This document shows positions 50,355 to 58,722 of a stretch of 64,000 nucleotides of DNA, one piece after another (the stretch's first letter is position 1; the number at the start of each line of letters is the position of its first letter). The position numbers and the translations under genes were made by a program. Under the pieces are notes generated by a model. It had not been told where the DNA came from. It saw only the letters and a program-made list of their open reading frames with translations, and did no database searches. Source of the DNA: Lentisphaeria bacterium. GTDB lineage: Bacteria; Verrucomicrobiota; Lentisphaeria; JABSQK01; JAWLHB01. The stretch spans positions 1-64,000 of the forward strand of contig JAWLHB010000007.1 of NCBI GenBank assembly GCA_041690595.1. Direction: 5' to 3'.

Positions 50355-53156
50355 ATGGACGGTATGTGGATATGGTGCTCGCAACTGGATACGCATGGCT
50401 ACAATCAGACCATGATGGCCCGCCGAAGCTTCGACCTGGGCGCTTGCTCTTCCGCCAGACTGCGCATTTCCGCCGATACGCGCTACCGCCTCTTCATCAA
50501 TGGCGAGTGGGTTAACGACGGTCCGTGTCGCGCCTGGCCGGAGCATTATCAGTACGACATCCTCGATGTGACCCCCTATCTGCGCGAGGGGGCGAACGAG
50601 CTGCGCGTGCTGGTCAACTACTACGGGATCGGCACCTTTCACCAGGTACCCCAGCAGGCTGGCCTCCTAGCTCATCTGGAGGCGGAACTGCAGGATGGGG
50701 AGAGCTTCTCCCTCGCTACTGACAGCTCCTGGGAAGCCACCCCTGTTACCGCCTGGATCAGCAATACCCCGAAGATCAGCATCCAGATGGGGCCCATGGA
50801 GGTGATCGACGCGCGCCGCATGAGCGAGCTGCGCTGGCGCCCCGTGCGAGAACTCCACAAGGCTGGCGACGGCCCCTGGAAGAACCTCACCGCACGGGAT
50901 GTCGCCCTTCTCACCCGCGATCCGGTCTCGCCGGTCTCCCTTCGCGAGATCAACCTGGTCGAGCGGCGAAAGGGGCTGACCATCTCCTTCAATATCGTCA
51001 GGATGCTGCACCCACGGCAGATGGAGGCGAACCGCTGGATCAGCCATGCTGGGGTGCTGGTGACCTGCCTTACCTGCCCGGCGCCCGCGCTCGTTCAGCT
51101 CGAACTCGAGGATACGCGCCTCTGGCTCGATGGCCGCGAGCGATCGGCCGGCGATCTCGAGCTGACGGCCGGGGAGCACCTGCTCCTCATCGCTCCCAAA
51201 CGGCACTTCTCCCACGATCGGGTGCAGAGCGTTCGCCTTCAGCCCGAACCGGGCCTGGCGCTTTCGGATCCGCTCGGCGAGGAGGGACAAGGTTTCTGGC
51301 GCCTCATTCGCTTCGACCAGGTCAGTGACTATGCCAAGACGGATATGGAACCGGATCCTGCCCGTGAGCAGGAGCTTGACGTGGCCTATGCGGAGGGGCT
51401 GGCTCAACTTGGCGCGTGTGCCGATCTTTCCGGCCTTCTGGAGGCGCATGGCACCAGGCTGGAGCCTCTTCCTCCCGGCTCCCTCCTCGTCGATCCCTAC
51501 CCGGATTTCGAGCAGCGCCGGGTCGTCGGCGACGGCGCTTCCAGCGTCCGCCTGCCGGCTGCCCTCATGGCCGACAACGCCGCCTGCACCCTCGTCCATC
51601 CCGATCCCACCGGCGATGTCGAACTGGTTTACGATCTGGGTGTGCAGCGCTGCGGTTACTGGGAACTGGATCTGGTCGCGCAGGAAGGGGTCGTGATCGA
51701 TCTGGCGGCCGTGGAATACATCAATCGCGCGGGTGGCATCCAGCATACCGGTCGCAACCGCAACGTCATGCGCTGCATTGCCGCCGAGGGGCGGAATCAC
51801 CTCCTCTCCATGCGTCGGCGCTCCGGTCGCTACCTCTTTCTCACGATCCGCAACCAGACCGAGCCCGTGCGCATCCGCCTTCTTCGCGTCATCGAATCGA
51901 CCTATCCGGTCGAGGAGATCGGCGGCTTTGCCGCCAGCGACCCGCGTCTCTCCGAGATCTGGAAGATCAGCGCCAGAACGCTCAAGCTCTGCATGGAAGA
52001 TGCCTTTGTCGACTGTCCGCTCTATGAACAGACCCTCTGGATCGGCGACGCGCGCAACGAAGCCCTCTACGCCTATACGGCCTTTGGCGCCCCCGACATC
52101 GCCCGCCGATGCATCCGCCTCGGTGGCGAATCCACCGAACGCTACGGCATGGTCGGCTGCCAGGTGCCGAGTTGCTGGGATATCCTCCTTCCCGCCTGGA
52201 GTTTTCTCTGGACGATCGGCGTCTGGGAGCACTACCTGTATACCTCCGACAGCGACTGGCTGCGCCACGCCTGGCCGTGGGTCATGACCAACCTGCGCGC
52301 CGCGGCGGAGAAGAGCACCGACCAGGGACTCTTCACCGGCCCCTACTGGAACATGTTCGACTGGTCGGGCGCCGATCAAGGGCACAACACCGTCGTCCAC
52401 AACAGCATGCTGGCGGTCGGCGCCGTCAATGCCGCCGTGCGTGGCGCCGAGCTTCTTGAGGAAAGCGCCGACCTCGCGTGGCTGCTGGAGTACCGCCGAC
52501 AGCTGATTACCGGCATCGAGCGTCTCTGGCAGCCCGAGCGGGGCGCCTATCCCGACAGCATTCACGCCGATGGCGCTGTCAGCAGCTCCATCTGCCAGCA
52601 TACCAGCGCCCTGGCGCTCCTCTACGATATCGCGCCGCCCGAGCGCTTCGACCTGCTGACGAGCCACCTCGCGTCGCCTCCGGAGGAGATGGTGCGCGTC
52701 GGTTCGCCCTTCTCGATGCAGTACATTTACGAGGCTCTCGAAAAGGTCGGCCGCCAGGAGCTCATCATCCAGTCGATCCACGACAACTATCTGCCCATGC
52801 TCGAGGATGGGGCGACCACGGTCTGGGAGACCTTCCCCGGCCACTCCGGCGACGACCGCTTCCCCACCCGAAGCCATGCCCACGCCTGGTCTTCGGCCCC
52901 CATCCATTTTCTCAACCGGATCGTCCTGGGCATCTATCCCGAAGCTGCCGGCGGCGCCTCCTGTACCATCAGTCCGCGCCCATGCGGCCTGAGCTGGGCC
53001 GAAGGGAGCACCGCCACCATTCATGGCCCCGTCCGGGTTCGCTGGAGCCTCCGCGATGCTGTCATGCGCCTTGAGGTAAAGGCTCCGGCGGGGGTGCAGT
53101 GGCGATTCGTCAGTAATCCCGACCTGGAGACGATCGACGTGCGGGTCGAGTCGTGA
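50355..53156 (+). CDS. Alpha-L-rhamnosidase family (GH78) glycoside hydrolase
   Basis: ISADTRYRLFING, FVDCPLYEQTLWIGD, MFDWS, GATTVWE, SHAHAWS. Confidence 0.88.
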   Translation: MDGMWIWCSQLDTHGYNQTMMARRSFDLGACSSARLRISADTRYRLFINGEWVNDGPCRAWPEHYQYDILDVTPYLREGANELRVLVNYYGIGTFHQVPQQAGLLAHLEAELQDGESFSLATDSSWEATPVTAWISNTPKISIQMGPMEVIDARRMSELRWRPVRELHKAGDGPWKNLTARDVALLTRDPVSPVSLREINLVERRKGLTISFNIVRMLHPRQMEANRWISHAGVLVTCLTCPAPALVQLELEDTRLWLDGRERSAGDLELTAGEHLLLIAPKRHFSHDRVQSVRLQPEPGLALSDPLGEEGQGFWRLIRFDQVSDYAKTDMEPDPAREQELDVAYAEGLAQLGACADLSGLLEAHGTRLEPLPPGSLLVDPYPDFEQRRVVGDGASSVRLPAALMADNAACTLVHPDPTGDVELVYDLGVQRCGYWELDLVAQEGVVIDLAAVEYINRAGGIQHTGRNRNVMRCIAAEGRNHLLSMRRRSGRYLFLTIRNQTEPVRIRLLRVIESTYPVEEIGGFAASDPRLSEIWKISARTLKLCMEDAFVDCPLYEQTLWIGDARNEALYAYTAFGAPDIARRCIRLGGESTERYGMVGCQVPSCWDILLPAWSFLWTIGVWEHYLYTSDSDWLRHAWPWVMTNLRAAAEKSTDQGLFTGPYWNMFDWSGADQGHNTVVHNSMLAVGAVNAAVRGAELLEESADLAWLLEYRRQLITGIERLWQPERGAYPDSIHADGAVSSSICQHTSALALLYDIAPPERFDLLTSHLASPPEEMVRVGSPFSMQYIYEALEKVGRQELIIQSIHDNYLPMLEDGATTVWETFPGHSGDDRFPTRSHAHAWSSAPIHFLNRIVLGIYPEAAGGASCTISPRPCGLSWAEGSTATIHGPVRVRWSLRDAVMRLEVKAPAGVQWRFVSNPDLETIDVRVES

Positions 53157-53250
53157 AATCTGGCGAGCAGCCATTGCGCGATGACGACCGAGGCATCATA
53201 TTTCGTCCATCCATTTTCTGACCCTTCCTCTCCCCCGGAGCTTTCTCTGT

Positions 53251-53817
53251 ATGCCCAAAGCCTGTGAACTCAAACGCGGCTCCACCGTCCTTCTCGACGG
53301 GGCGCCCTGCATCCTGGAAGACCTCACCGTTCAGAGCCCCTCCGCCCGCGGCGGTTCCAGCCTCTACAAGTGCCGCTTCCGTAATCTCGCCACCCGGCAG
53401 AAGGTCGACAAGAGCTTCAAGGGGGACGACATCCTCGACCCCGTCCGCTTCGAGAAGCGCGAGGTTCAGTTCCTCTATACTCAGGGCGACCAGTACGTCT
53501 TCATGGATCTCGAAGACTACACCCAGATCGAGATCCACGAGAAACGACTCGAAGAGGAGCGCCTCTTCCTGGTCGAAGATATGGAAGGCATTTTTGCGCT
53601 CGTCTCGGACGACAAGATCCTCGGCATCGAGCTGCCCCCCACCGTGGAGTTGGAGATCGTCAAGGCCGATCCAGCCATCAAGGGCTCTTCGGCCACGGCC
53701 CGCACGAAGCCGGCCACCCTCTCCACCGGCCTCGTCATCCAGGTGCCCGAGCATATTGCCCAGGGCGAGATTGTCCGCGTCGACACCCGCGACAATCGTT
53801 TTCTCGGTCGCGCCTGA
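53251..53817 (+). CDS. yeiP: Elongation factor P-like protein EfpL/YeiP
   Basis: QSPSARGG loop (SARG, unlike EF-P KPGKG), FMDLEDYTQ, ATARTKPATLSTG, VPEHI...VDTR. Confidence 0.85.
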   Translation: MPKACELKRGSTVLLDGAPCILEDLTVQSPSARGGSSLYKCRFRNLATRQKVDKSFKGDDILDPVRFEKREVQFLYTQGDQYVFMDLEDYTQIEIHEKRLEEERLFLVEDMEGIFALVSDDKILGIELPPTVELEIVKADPAIKGSSATARTKPATLSTGLVIQVPEHIAQGEIVRVDTRDNRFLGRA

Positions 53818-53901
53818 GCTTGCCTGCGCGGCGGAACGGCTTGACCGCGGCGGCTCATCTCCACTATGGTCTAGGACAACCATCAATGGAGGTGCGTCCT
53901 T

Positions 53902-54249
53902 ATGAACACGCGTAACTGGATGATCGTGCTCGGTCTCGTCATCGCCGCCGGCCTGCTGGGCTTGCACGGCCTCAACTCGCAGACTGCCGAGCCCCAGCCC
54001 GAGGTGGATTTCGAGCTGATCGAGCGGGTGCCGTGGATCATCGGCCTCGACAACCGCGTCTACAAGTGGAACACCGACGGCTGGCAATTGGTCGAGCCGC
54101 CGGCGACGGCCCAGGATCTCGCGGTTGCGCCCGATGGCACGCCGTGGCTCATCGGGCTCGACCAGCGCCTTTACCGGTTGCAGGAGAACAGATGGGTGGC
54201 CGTGGAACCAGAAGGCTTTGCCCAGGCCATTGTCTTTGCCAACCCCTGA
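53902..54249 (+). CDS. Small secreted protein with two tectonin-like repeats
   Basis: Signal peptide; PWIIGLDNRVYKW...W..VEP / PWLIGLDQRLYRL...W..VEP; GGAGG RBS. Confidence 0.7.
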   Translation: MNTRNWMIVLGLVIAAGLLGLHGLNSQTAEPQPEVDFELIERVPWIIGLDNRVYKWNTDGWQLVEPPATAQDLAVAPDGTPWLIGLDQRLYRLQENRWVAVEPEGFAQAIVFANP

Positions 54250-54266
54250 TCACGCCGTCCGGCCGT

Positions 54267-55097
54267 TCACCACATGATGCCGCGGGCATCGTTGATGTTG
54301 GTGGCGATGGTCCCATTCGGCCGATACATGCGGAAGAACATGGACGTGGCCGAGAAGGACCATGCCCAGGCATAGCCGCGCGGTACCAACGCCTTATAGT
54401 TGTTCTCGGGTGACATCATCTCGTCGGGGCTGAGCCACTGCGCCGAGCCATCGCCGAAGAGGGCGTTCGCTCCGCGCGGGGTGAAGGTCGGCAGACCCGA
54501 CGCGTGGTTGTTGTTGTACTGCGCATTGTCCACATACGCCGGTTCGTTCGGCATGTAGTTGGCCAGATCGGCGGAGAGGGCCACCTCCGGCCCGATGATG
54601 TTCATGCGCGTTGACTTGTACGCGTGTCCCTGCGTGGTGGCCGCGGCATTGAACAAGCCGAAGCCGCCCCACCGATAATGGGTGAAGCGCTTTTCCCAGG
54701 TTGGCCCGTAGAGCCGCCCGTAGATGCCTACCATATCCCCCTGCCGAGCCGGGCAGCGCAGGATGTTCGACATACTCTCGAACTCCGCATACCCTTCGTA
54801 CGCGCTGTACTTGAAGACCTTCTGCCCCATGTAGTTCTCGGCAAACCACGCCCCCTCGTTCACCACCATCTCCGCCGCGTTAGCCGAGCGGTTCATCGCC
54901 GGAAGATTCTCGTCGAAATCCCCGGCGTACATGTTTGCCGCCAGGACATGCTGCCGCAGGTTGTTCAGGCACGAGCTGCGCTTGGCCGCCGACCGCGCCT
55001 CACTCAACGCCGGCAACAGCAGCGACGCCAGAATGGCGATAATCGCCACCACCACCAGAAGTTCGATCAACGTGAAACGTTTGAGGTTCGAACTCAT
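54267..55097 (-). CDS. Prepilin-type N-terminal cleavage/methylation domain protein (DUF1559-like)
   Basis: Start moved to ATG 55097; [16 protein letters not shown]-terminal NH...[10 protein letters not shown]. Confidence 0.9.
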   Translation of the reverse strand: MSSNLKRFTLIELLVVVAIIAILASLLLPALSEARSAAKRSSCLNNLRQHVLAANMYAGDFDENLPAMNRSANAAEMVVNEGAWFAENYMGQKVFKYSAYEGYAEFESMSNILRCPARQGDMVGIYGRLYGPTWEKRFTHYRWGGFGLFNAAATTQGHAYKSTRMNIIGPEVALSADLANYMPNEPAYVDNAQYNNNHASGLPTFTPRGANALFGDGSAQWLSPDEMMSPENNYKALVPRGYAWAWSFSATSMFFRMYRPNGTIATNINDARGIMW

Positions 55098-55179
55098 GGC
55101 ACTTCTCCTGTTAATTTGAAGACTTTCCCACTGCTTTACCATATCCACCCATTCGGCCGGGATCAACCTGTCCGAATAA

Positions 55180-56358
55180 TCACGCAATTTCCTGCTGAAT
55201 GCCCGTCGTCGTAAGGTAGATCGAGCAGGGACCGGTCGACGATGTCTCGCGGTCGGAGGTGAAGACCACGTGCTTCCCATCGGGGCTGAAGGTCGGGTGC
55301 GGATGGGCATCCTGGGTGCTCCTGCCGCGCGGCGCAAAGCTGGAGCCGTGAATGCAGAGCCGCTCCTCGCTGCGCCTTTCCACATCGAAGAGCCAGATGC
55401 CATTGGGTACGCCGTCCTCCTGGCCGACCTGATCGCCAACGATGAAGCGGCAATCCTCCGAATGATAGAAGTGGCTGTAGTTGTGTACGGGGCCAAGGTT
55501 CGTCTCGACCAGACGATCAACCTCCATCAGGCGGATGGTGCCCCCTTTGCCGTAGATCTCGGGAAAGTGGGTGAAGGAGATGTGGCGGCCGTCGGGGGTG
55601 AAGTACTCATGGGTAACGATCGGCCCCGCTCCGGCGGCGCCGCCCTCCTGCCGATAGCCGATGGTGCGGCGGTTGCTCCCATCCGCGTCGATCAGCCAGA
55701 TGCGCGCATCCAGCAGGTAATGCGGCCCCTCGTGACAGAACATCAGCGTACCCGGATTCCCGGGCCGAATCTGGGGGTGGCCCAGCCAGCACGCATCTTC
55801 GTGCACCACACGATGCGCCCCCGTCTCGAGGTCCAGGAGCACCAGTCGGCTGCGCGGTTTCAGCTCGCACTGCTTCGCGAAAAAGTCCCATCCCGATACC
55901 CCTTCATAGATATCGTCCACATGCATCTCCGCCAGCAACACCTGCCGGAAATCGCTGCTGAAGCCCGGATAGACATTCTCTCTGCCCACCCATGGGCGCG
56001 ACTGCGTGTAAACCGCTTCCGTCGCGAGATCCTCGATCGACAGCCGGTACAGGGTGTCGCCCGCGGTATAATAGACGTGGCGACCATCGGGGGAGACATT
56101 GACCAGGAAGCCGCTCAGCTCGTCGCAATCGGTCAACTGCCTGCTGGCGTAGCTCTCCAGATCGAGCAGATAGAGGCACGCCTTGCCGCTCCGGTGCGAG
56201 CAATAGAGCAACCGCCTGCTATCCGGCGTGAAGCACCGACAGTAGAAGTAGGGGTGGTGACAATGCGTCGCCAGATCCGTCAACCGCGTTACCATCCGCC
56301 CCGTGACCGGATCACCAAAGGTGACCCCCGATTCCCGATGCCAATCGCCAAGCCCCAT
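55180..56358 (-). CDS. Oligogalacturonate lyase family (PL22/Ogl-like) beta-propeller protein
   Basis: [47 protein letters not shown] at 56358 with AGGAG RBS. Confidence 0.85.
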   Translation of the reverse strand: MGLGDWHRESGVTFGDPVTGRMVTRLTDLATHCHHPYFYCRCFTPDSRRLLYCSHRSGKACLYLLDLESYASRQLTDCDELSGFLVNVSPDGRHVYYTAGDTLYRLSIEDLATEAVYTQSRPWVGRENVYPGFSSDFRQVLLAEMHVDDIYEGVSGWDFFAKQCELKPRSRLVLLDLETGAHRVVHEDACWLGHPQIRPGNPGTLMFCHEGPHYLLDARIWLIDADGSNRRTIGYRQEGGAAGAGPIVTHEYFTPDGRHISFTHFPEIYGKGGTIRLMEVDRLVETNLGPVHNYSHFYHSEDCRFIVGDQVGQEDGVPNGIWLFDVERRSEERLCIHGSSFAPRGRSTQDAHPHPTFSPDGKHVVFTSDRETSSTGPCSIYLTTTGIQQEIA

Positions 56359-56426
56359 ACGACCTCTCCTCAAAGCGAATATCCCGATGAAGTCTCTCGC
56401 GTGATCATCACCCACAACCACACCGC

Positions 56427-58296
56427 CTACCATACCCGCGCCCCCGCTCCCCGCAACTCACCGCGCTTCGCTTCCCGAACAAATGACGGAGAGGGAGCAT
56501 GTTCAGCCCAACATGGACGCTCAATGTGTGAAGAGTTCTCCGAACCGCGAGTTGGGCTGTTGCCCCCAACAGATCCTGCCATCGTCTCCCCCTGCTCCTT
56601 CTTTGCGATCTCTGCGTTCTTTGTGGTCAAATAAGCTTCCGAGCCGCCGCGACTGCCCTCAACGTTGCCAGTTTCCTCCAAAACCTCGGTCGTATCCTCG
56701 GTCGTTATCCTGGNNNNNNNNNNNNNNNNNNNNNNNNNNNNNNNNNNNNNNNNNNNNNNNNNNNNNNNNNNNNNNNNNNNNNNNNNNNNNNNNNNNNNNN
56801 NNNNNNNNNNNNNGCACGCCACTCGCCTGAGTGGCACCGGCGTTGGACGTTGCCCCTTCCCAACCTCCATCGTCCCTCCCGCGCTCCATGGGCACGCCAC
56901 CCGCCTGAGTGGCCTCCCGCGTCTCTCCGCCCACGCTCAAAACCTCGGTCGTATCCTCGGTCGTTATCCTGGGCACGCCACTCGCCTGAGTGGCACCGGC
57001 GTTGGACGTTGCCCCTTCCCAACCTCCATCGTCCCTCCCGCGCTCCATGGGCACGCCACCCGCCTGAGTGGTCTCCCGCGTCTCTCCGCCCACGCTCAAA
57101 ACCTCGGTCGAATCCTCGGTCGTTATCCTGGGCACGCCACTCGCCTGAGTGGCACCGGCGTTGGACGTTGCCCCTTCCCAACCTCCATCGCCATCTCCGC
57201 CCACGCTCAAAACCTCGGTCGAATCCTCGGTCGTATCGAGGGGTCTGGGGAGGTTCGCCTCCCCAGCGGGGTCCGGGGCAGCGCCCCGCCGCTCCTCTGC
57301 GCTGCCCCGCTCTTCCTCATCGCGTCCCCGCGTCTCCGCCTCTTCGCCTCCCCCTGGCTTGTCGGGATCTGGAGATGAAATCTCCGGAACCCGACAAGAA
57401 GCATCGAGGGGTCTGGGGAGGTTCGCCTCCCCAGCGGGGTCCGGGGCAGCGCCCCGCCGCTCCTCTGCGCTGCCCCGCTCTTCCTCATCGCGTCCCCGCG
57501 TCTCCGCCTCTTCGCCTCCCCCTGGCTTGTCGGGATCTGGAGATCCGATCACCGGAACCCGACAAGAAGTATCGAGGGGTCTGGGGAGGTGCGGCTCCCC
57601 AGCGGGGACCGGGGCAGCGCCCCGCCGCTCCTCTGCGCTGCCCGTCCCGCCCCGCTTCTTCGCCACCTGCCGATACCCCTGCGCCGTCGCGCTGCTCGTC
57701 AGCGTCACCTCCGCATCCTCCAACTCCACCACTACCCGCACCGACTCATCCTCCGCCGTCCGCGACACTTGACGTTCCTTCACCCGCGCCCTCTCCTCCC
57801 AGCCGAAGCCCAGCACATGCACCAGCCAGCTTTCCGCATCCATCATCGTCGCCGAAGAACGGCGCTGCGCCACCTCCGCCAGCACCTTCATATACTCTTT
57901 CGCCGCCCGCATCCGGTCATACAGGACCGGCTCCTGAATCAGGCCCCCCTCGCCATCCTTCACCCAGCGCACCCCCCGTACCGCCGGCGACGACCGATCC
58001 ACCTCCCCATTTGCCGACATCACCTCCGCCATCGAGGTCATCGCCATCGCCCCAAGCATCCCCGCGATCTCCATCATCGACGGAAGCCGCGGCCCCTCCT
58101 GAGCTTCCAGCGTCGCCATCTCCTCACCCATCAACTCCCGCACCAGCAACTGCACTCGTCCATCCTGCAGCAACTCCGACGCTCGCGCCTTTGCGAACGA
58201 CTCCGCATAACCTGCCCGCAGCGCCGCCTTTGCCGCACAGAAGTCCTTCACATACTCCCCCGCAAACCGCCGCATCCGCTTGCTCAGTCCCCTCAT
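56427..58296 (-). CDS. Phage terminase small subunit-like protein with a long repeat-derived C-terminal tail (spans an assembly gap)
   Basis: N-terminus LSKRMRRFAGEYVKDFCAAKAALRAGYAESFAKARASELL matches the Terminase_2 HTH pattern, with later LYDR; GGGGAGG RBS. Stop is 56427 if the gap is closed on the repeat, 56659 with the nominal 100 N. Confidence 0.65.
56680..57233. repeat. Tandem 159-bp (and one 111-bp) units containing GCCACTCGCCTGAGTGGC palindromes
   Basis: AAAACCTCGGTCG unit starts at 56680, 56939, 57098 and 57209; gap lies inside the array. Confidence 0.9.
57235..57645. repeat. Tandem 168-bp units containing REP-like hairpins
   Basis: ATCGAGGGGTCTGGGGAGG at 57235, 57403 and 57571; hairpins CTGGGGAGG..CCTCCCCAG and CTTGTCGGG..CCCGACAAG. 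Confidence 0.9.
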
Positions 58297-58673
58297 CTCC
58301 ACATCCTCCCCTAAGTCAGTTCAACTCAATTATTACCCATAATTGCAATCATAAACCATATCACAAATAACTCAAAAGTCAAGTCAGAAAGGAAAAATAG
58401 TTCCACTCCCCCCAGTCCGTAAAGTGGGAGGCGTTCTCCGAACGGCGACTAGGGCCGTTTCCAACGGCCCTGCCATGGCGCGCATCCTGGGCACGCCACT
58501 CGCCTGAGTGGCACCGGCGTTGGACATTGCCACTCCCCAATCTCCGCCGATCCTCCCCCTCGTCCCCCCGCTTCCTTCTCTGCGATCTCTGCGTTCTTTG
58601 TGGTTAATTTCGCTTTTAAGCCGCCGCGACTTCCCCCAACGTGGAAGCGGCGGACTGGCCCGACACGAACACC

Positions 58674-58707
58674 ACCAGCCCTCGCTTGAGCTCAGGCGAG
58701 GGCTGGT
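58674..58707. terminator. Long inverted repeat downstream of the DUF4838 gene
   Basis: ACCAGCCCTCGCTTGAG/CTCAGGCGAGGGCTGGT; no clear U-tract. Confidence 0.4.
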
Positions 58708-58722
58708 AGAGGAGGGGCGGCG

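Noticed and set aside
56680..57645. CRISPR-like or insertion-sequence interpretation of the repeat arrays
   Set aside because: Intervening sequences are repeated rather than unique; no transposase or cas genes.
56427..58296. Intact prophage
   Set aside because: Only one phage-like gene; flanks are host carbohydrate genes.
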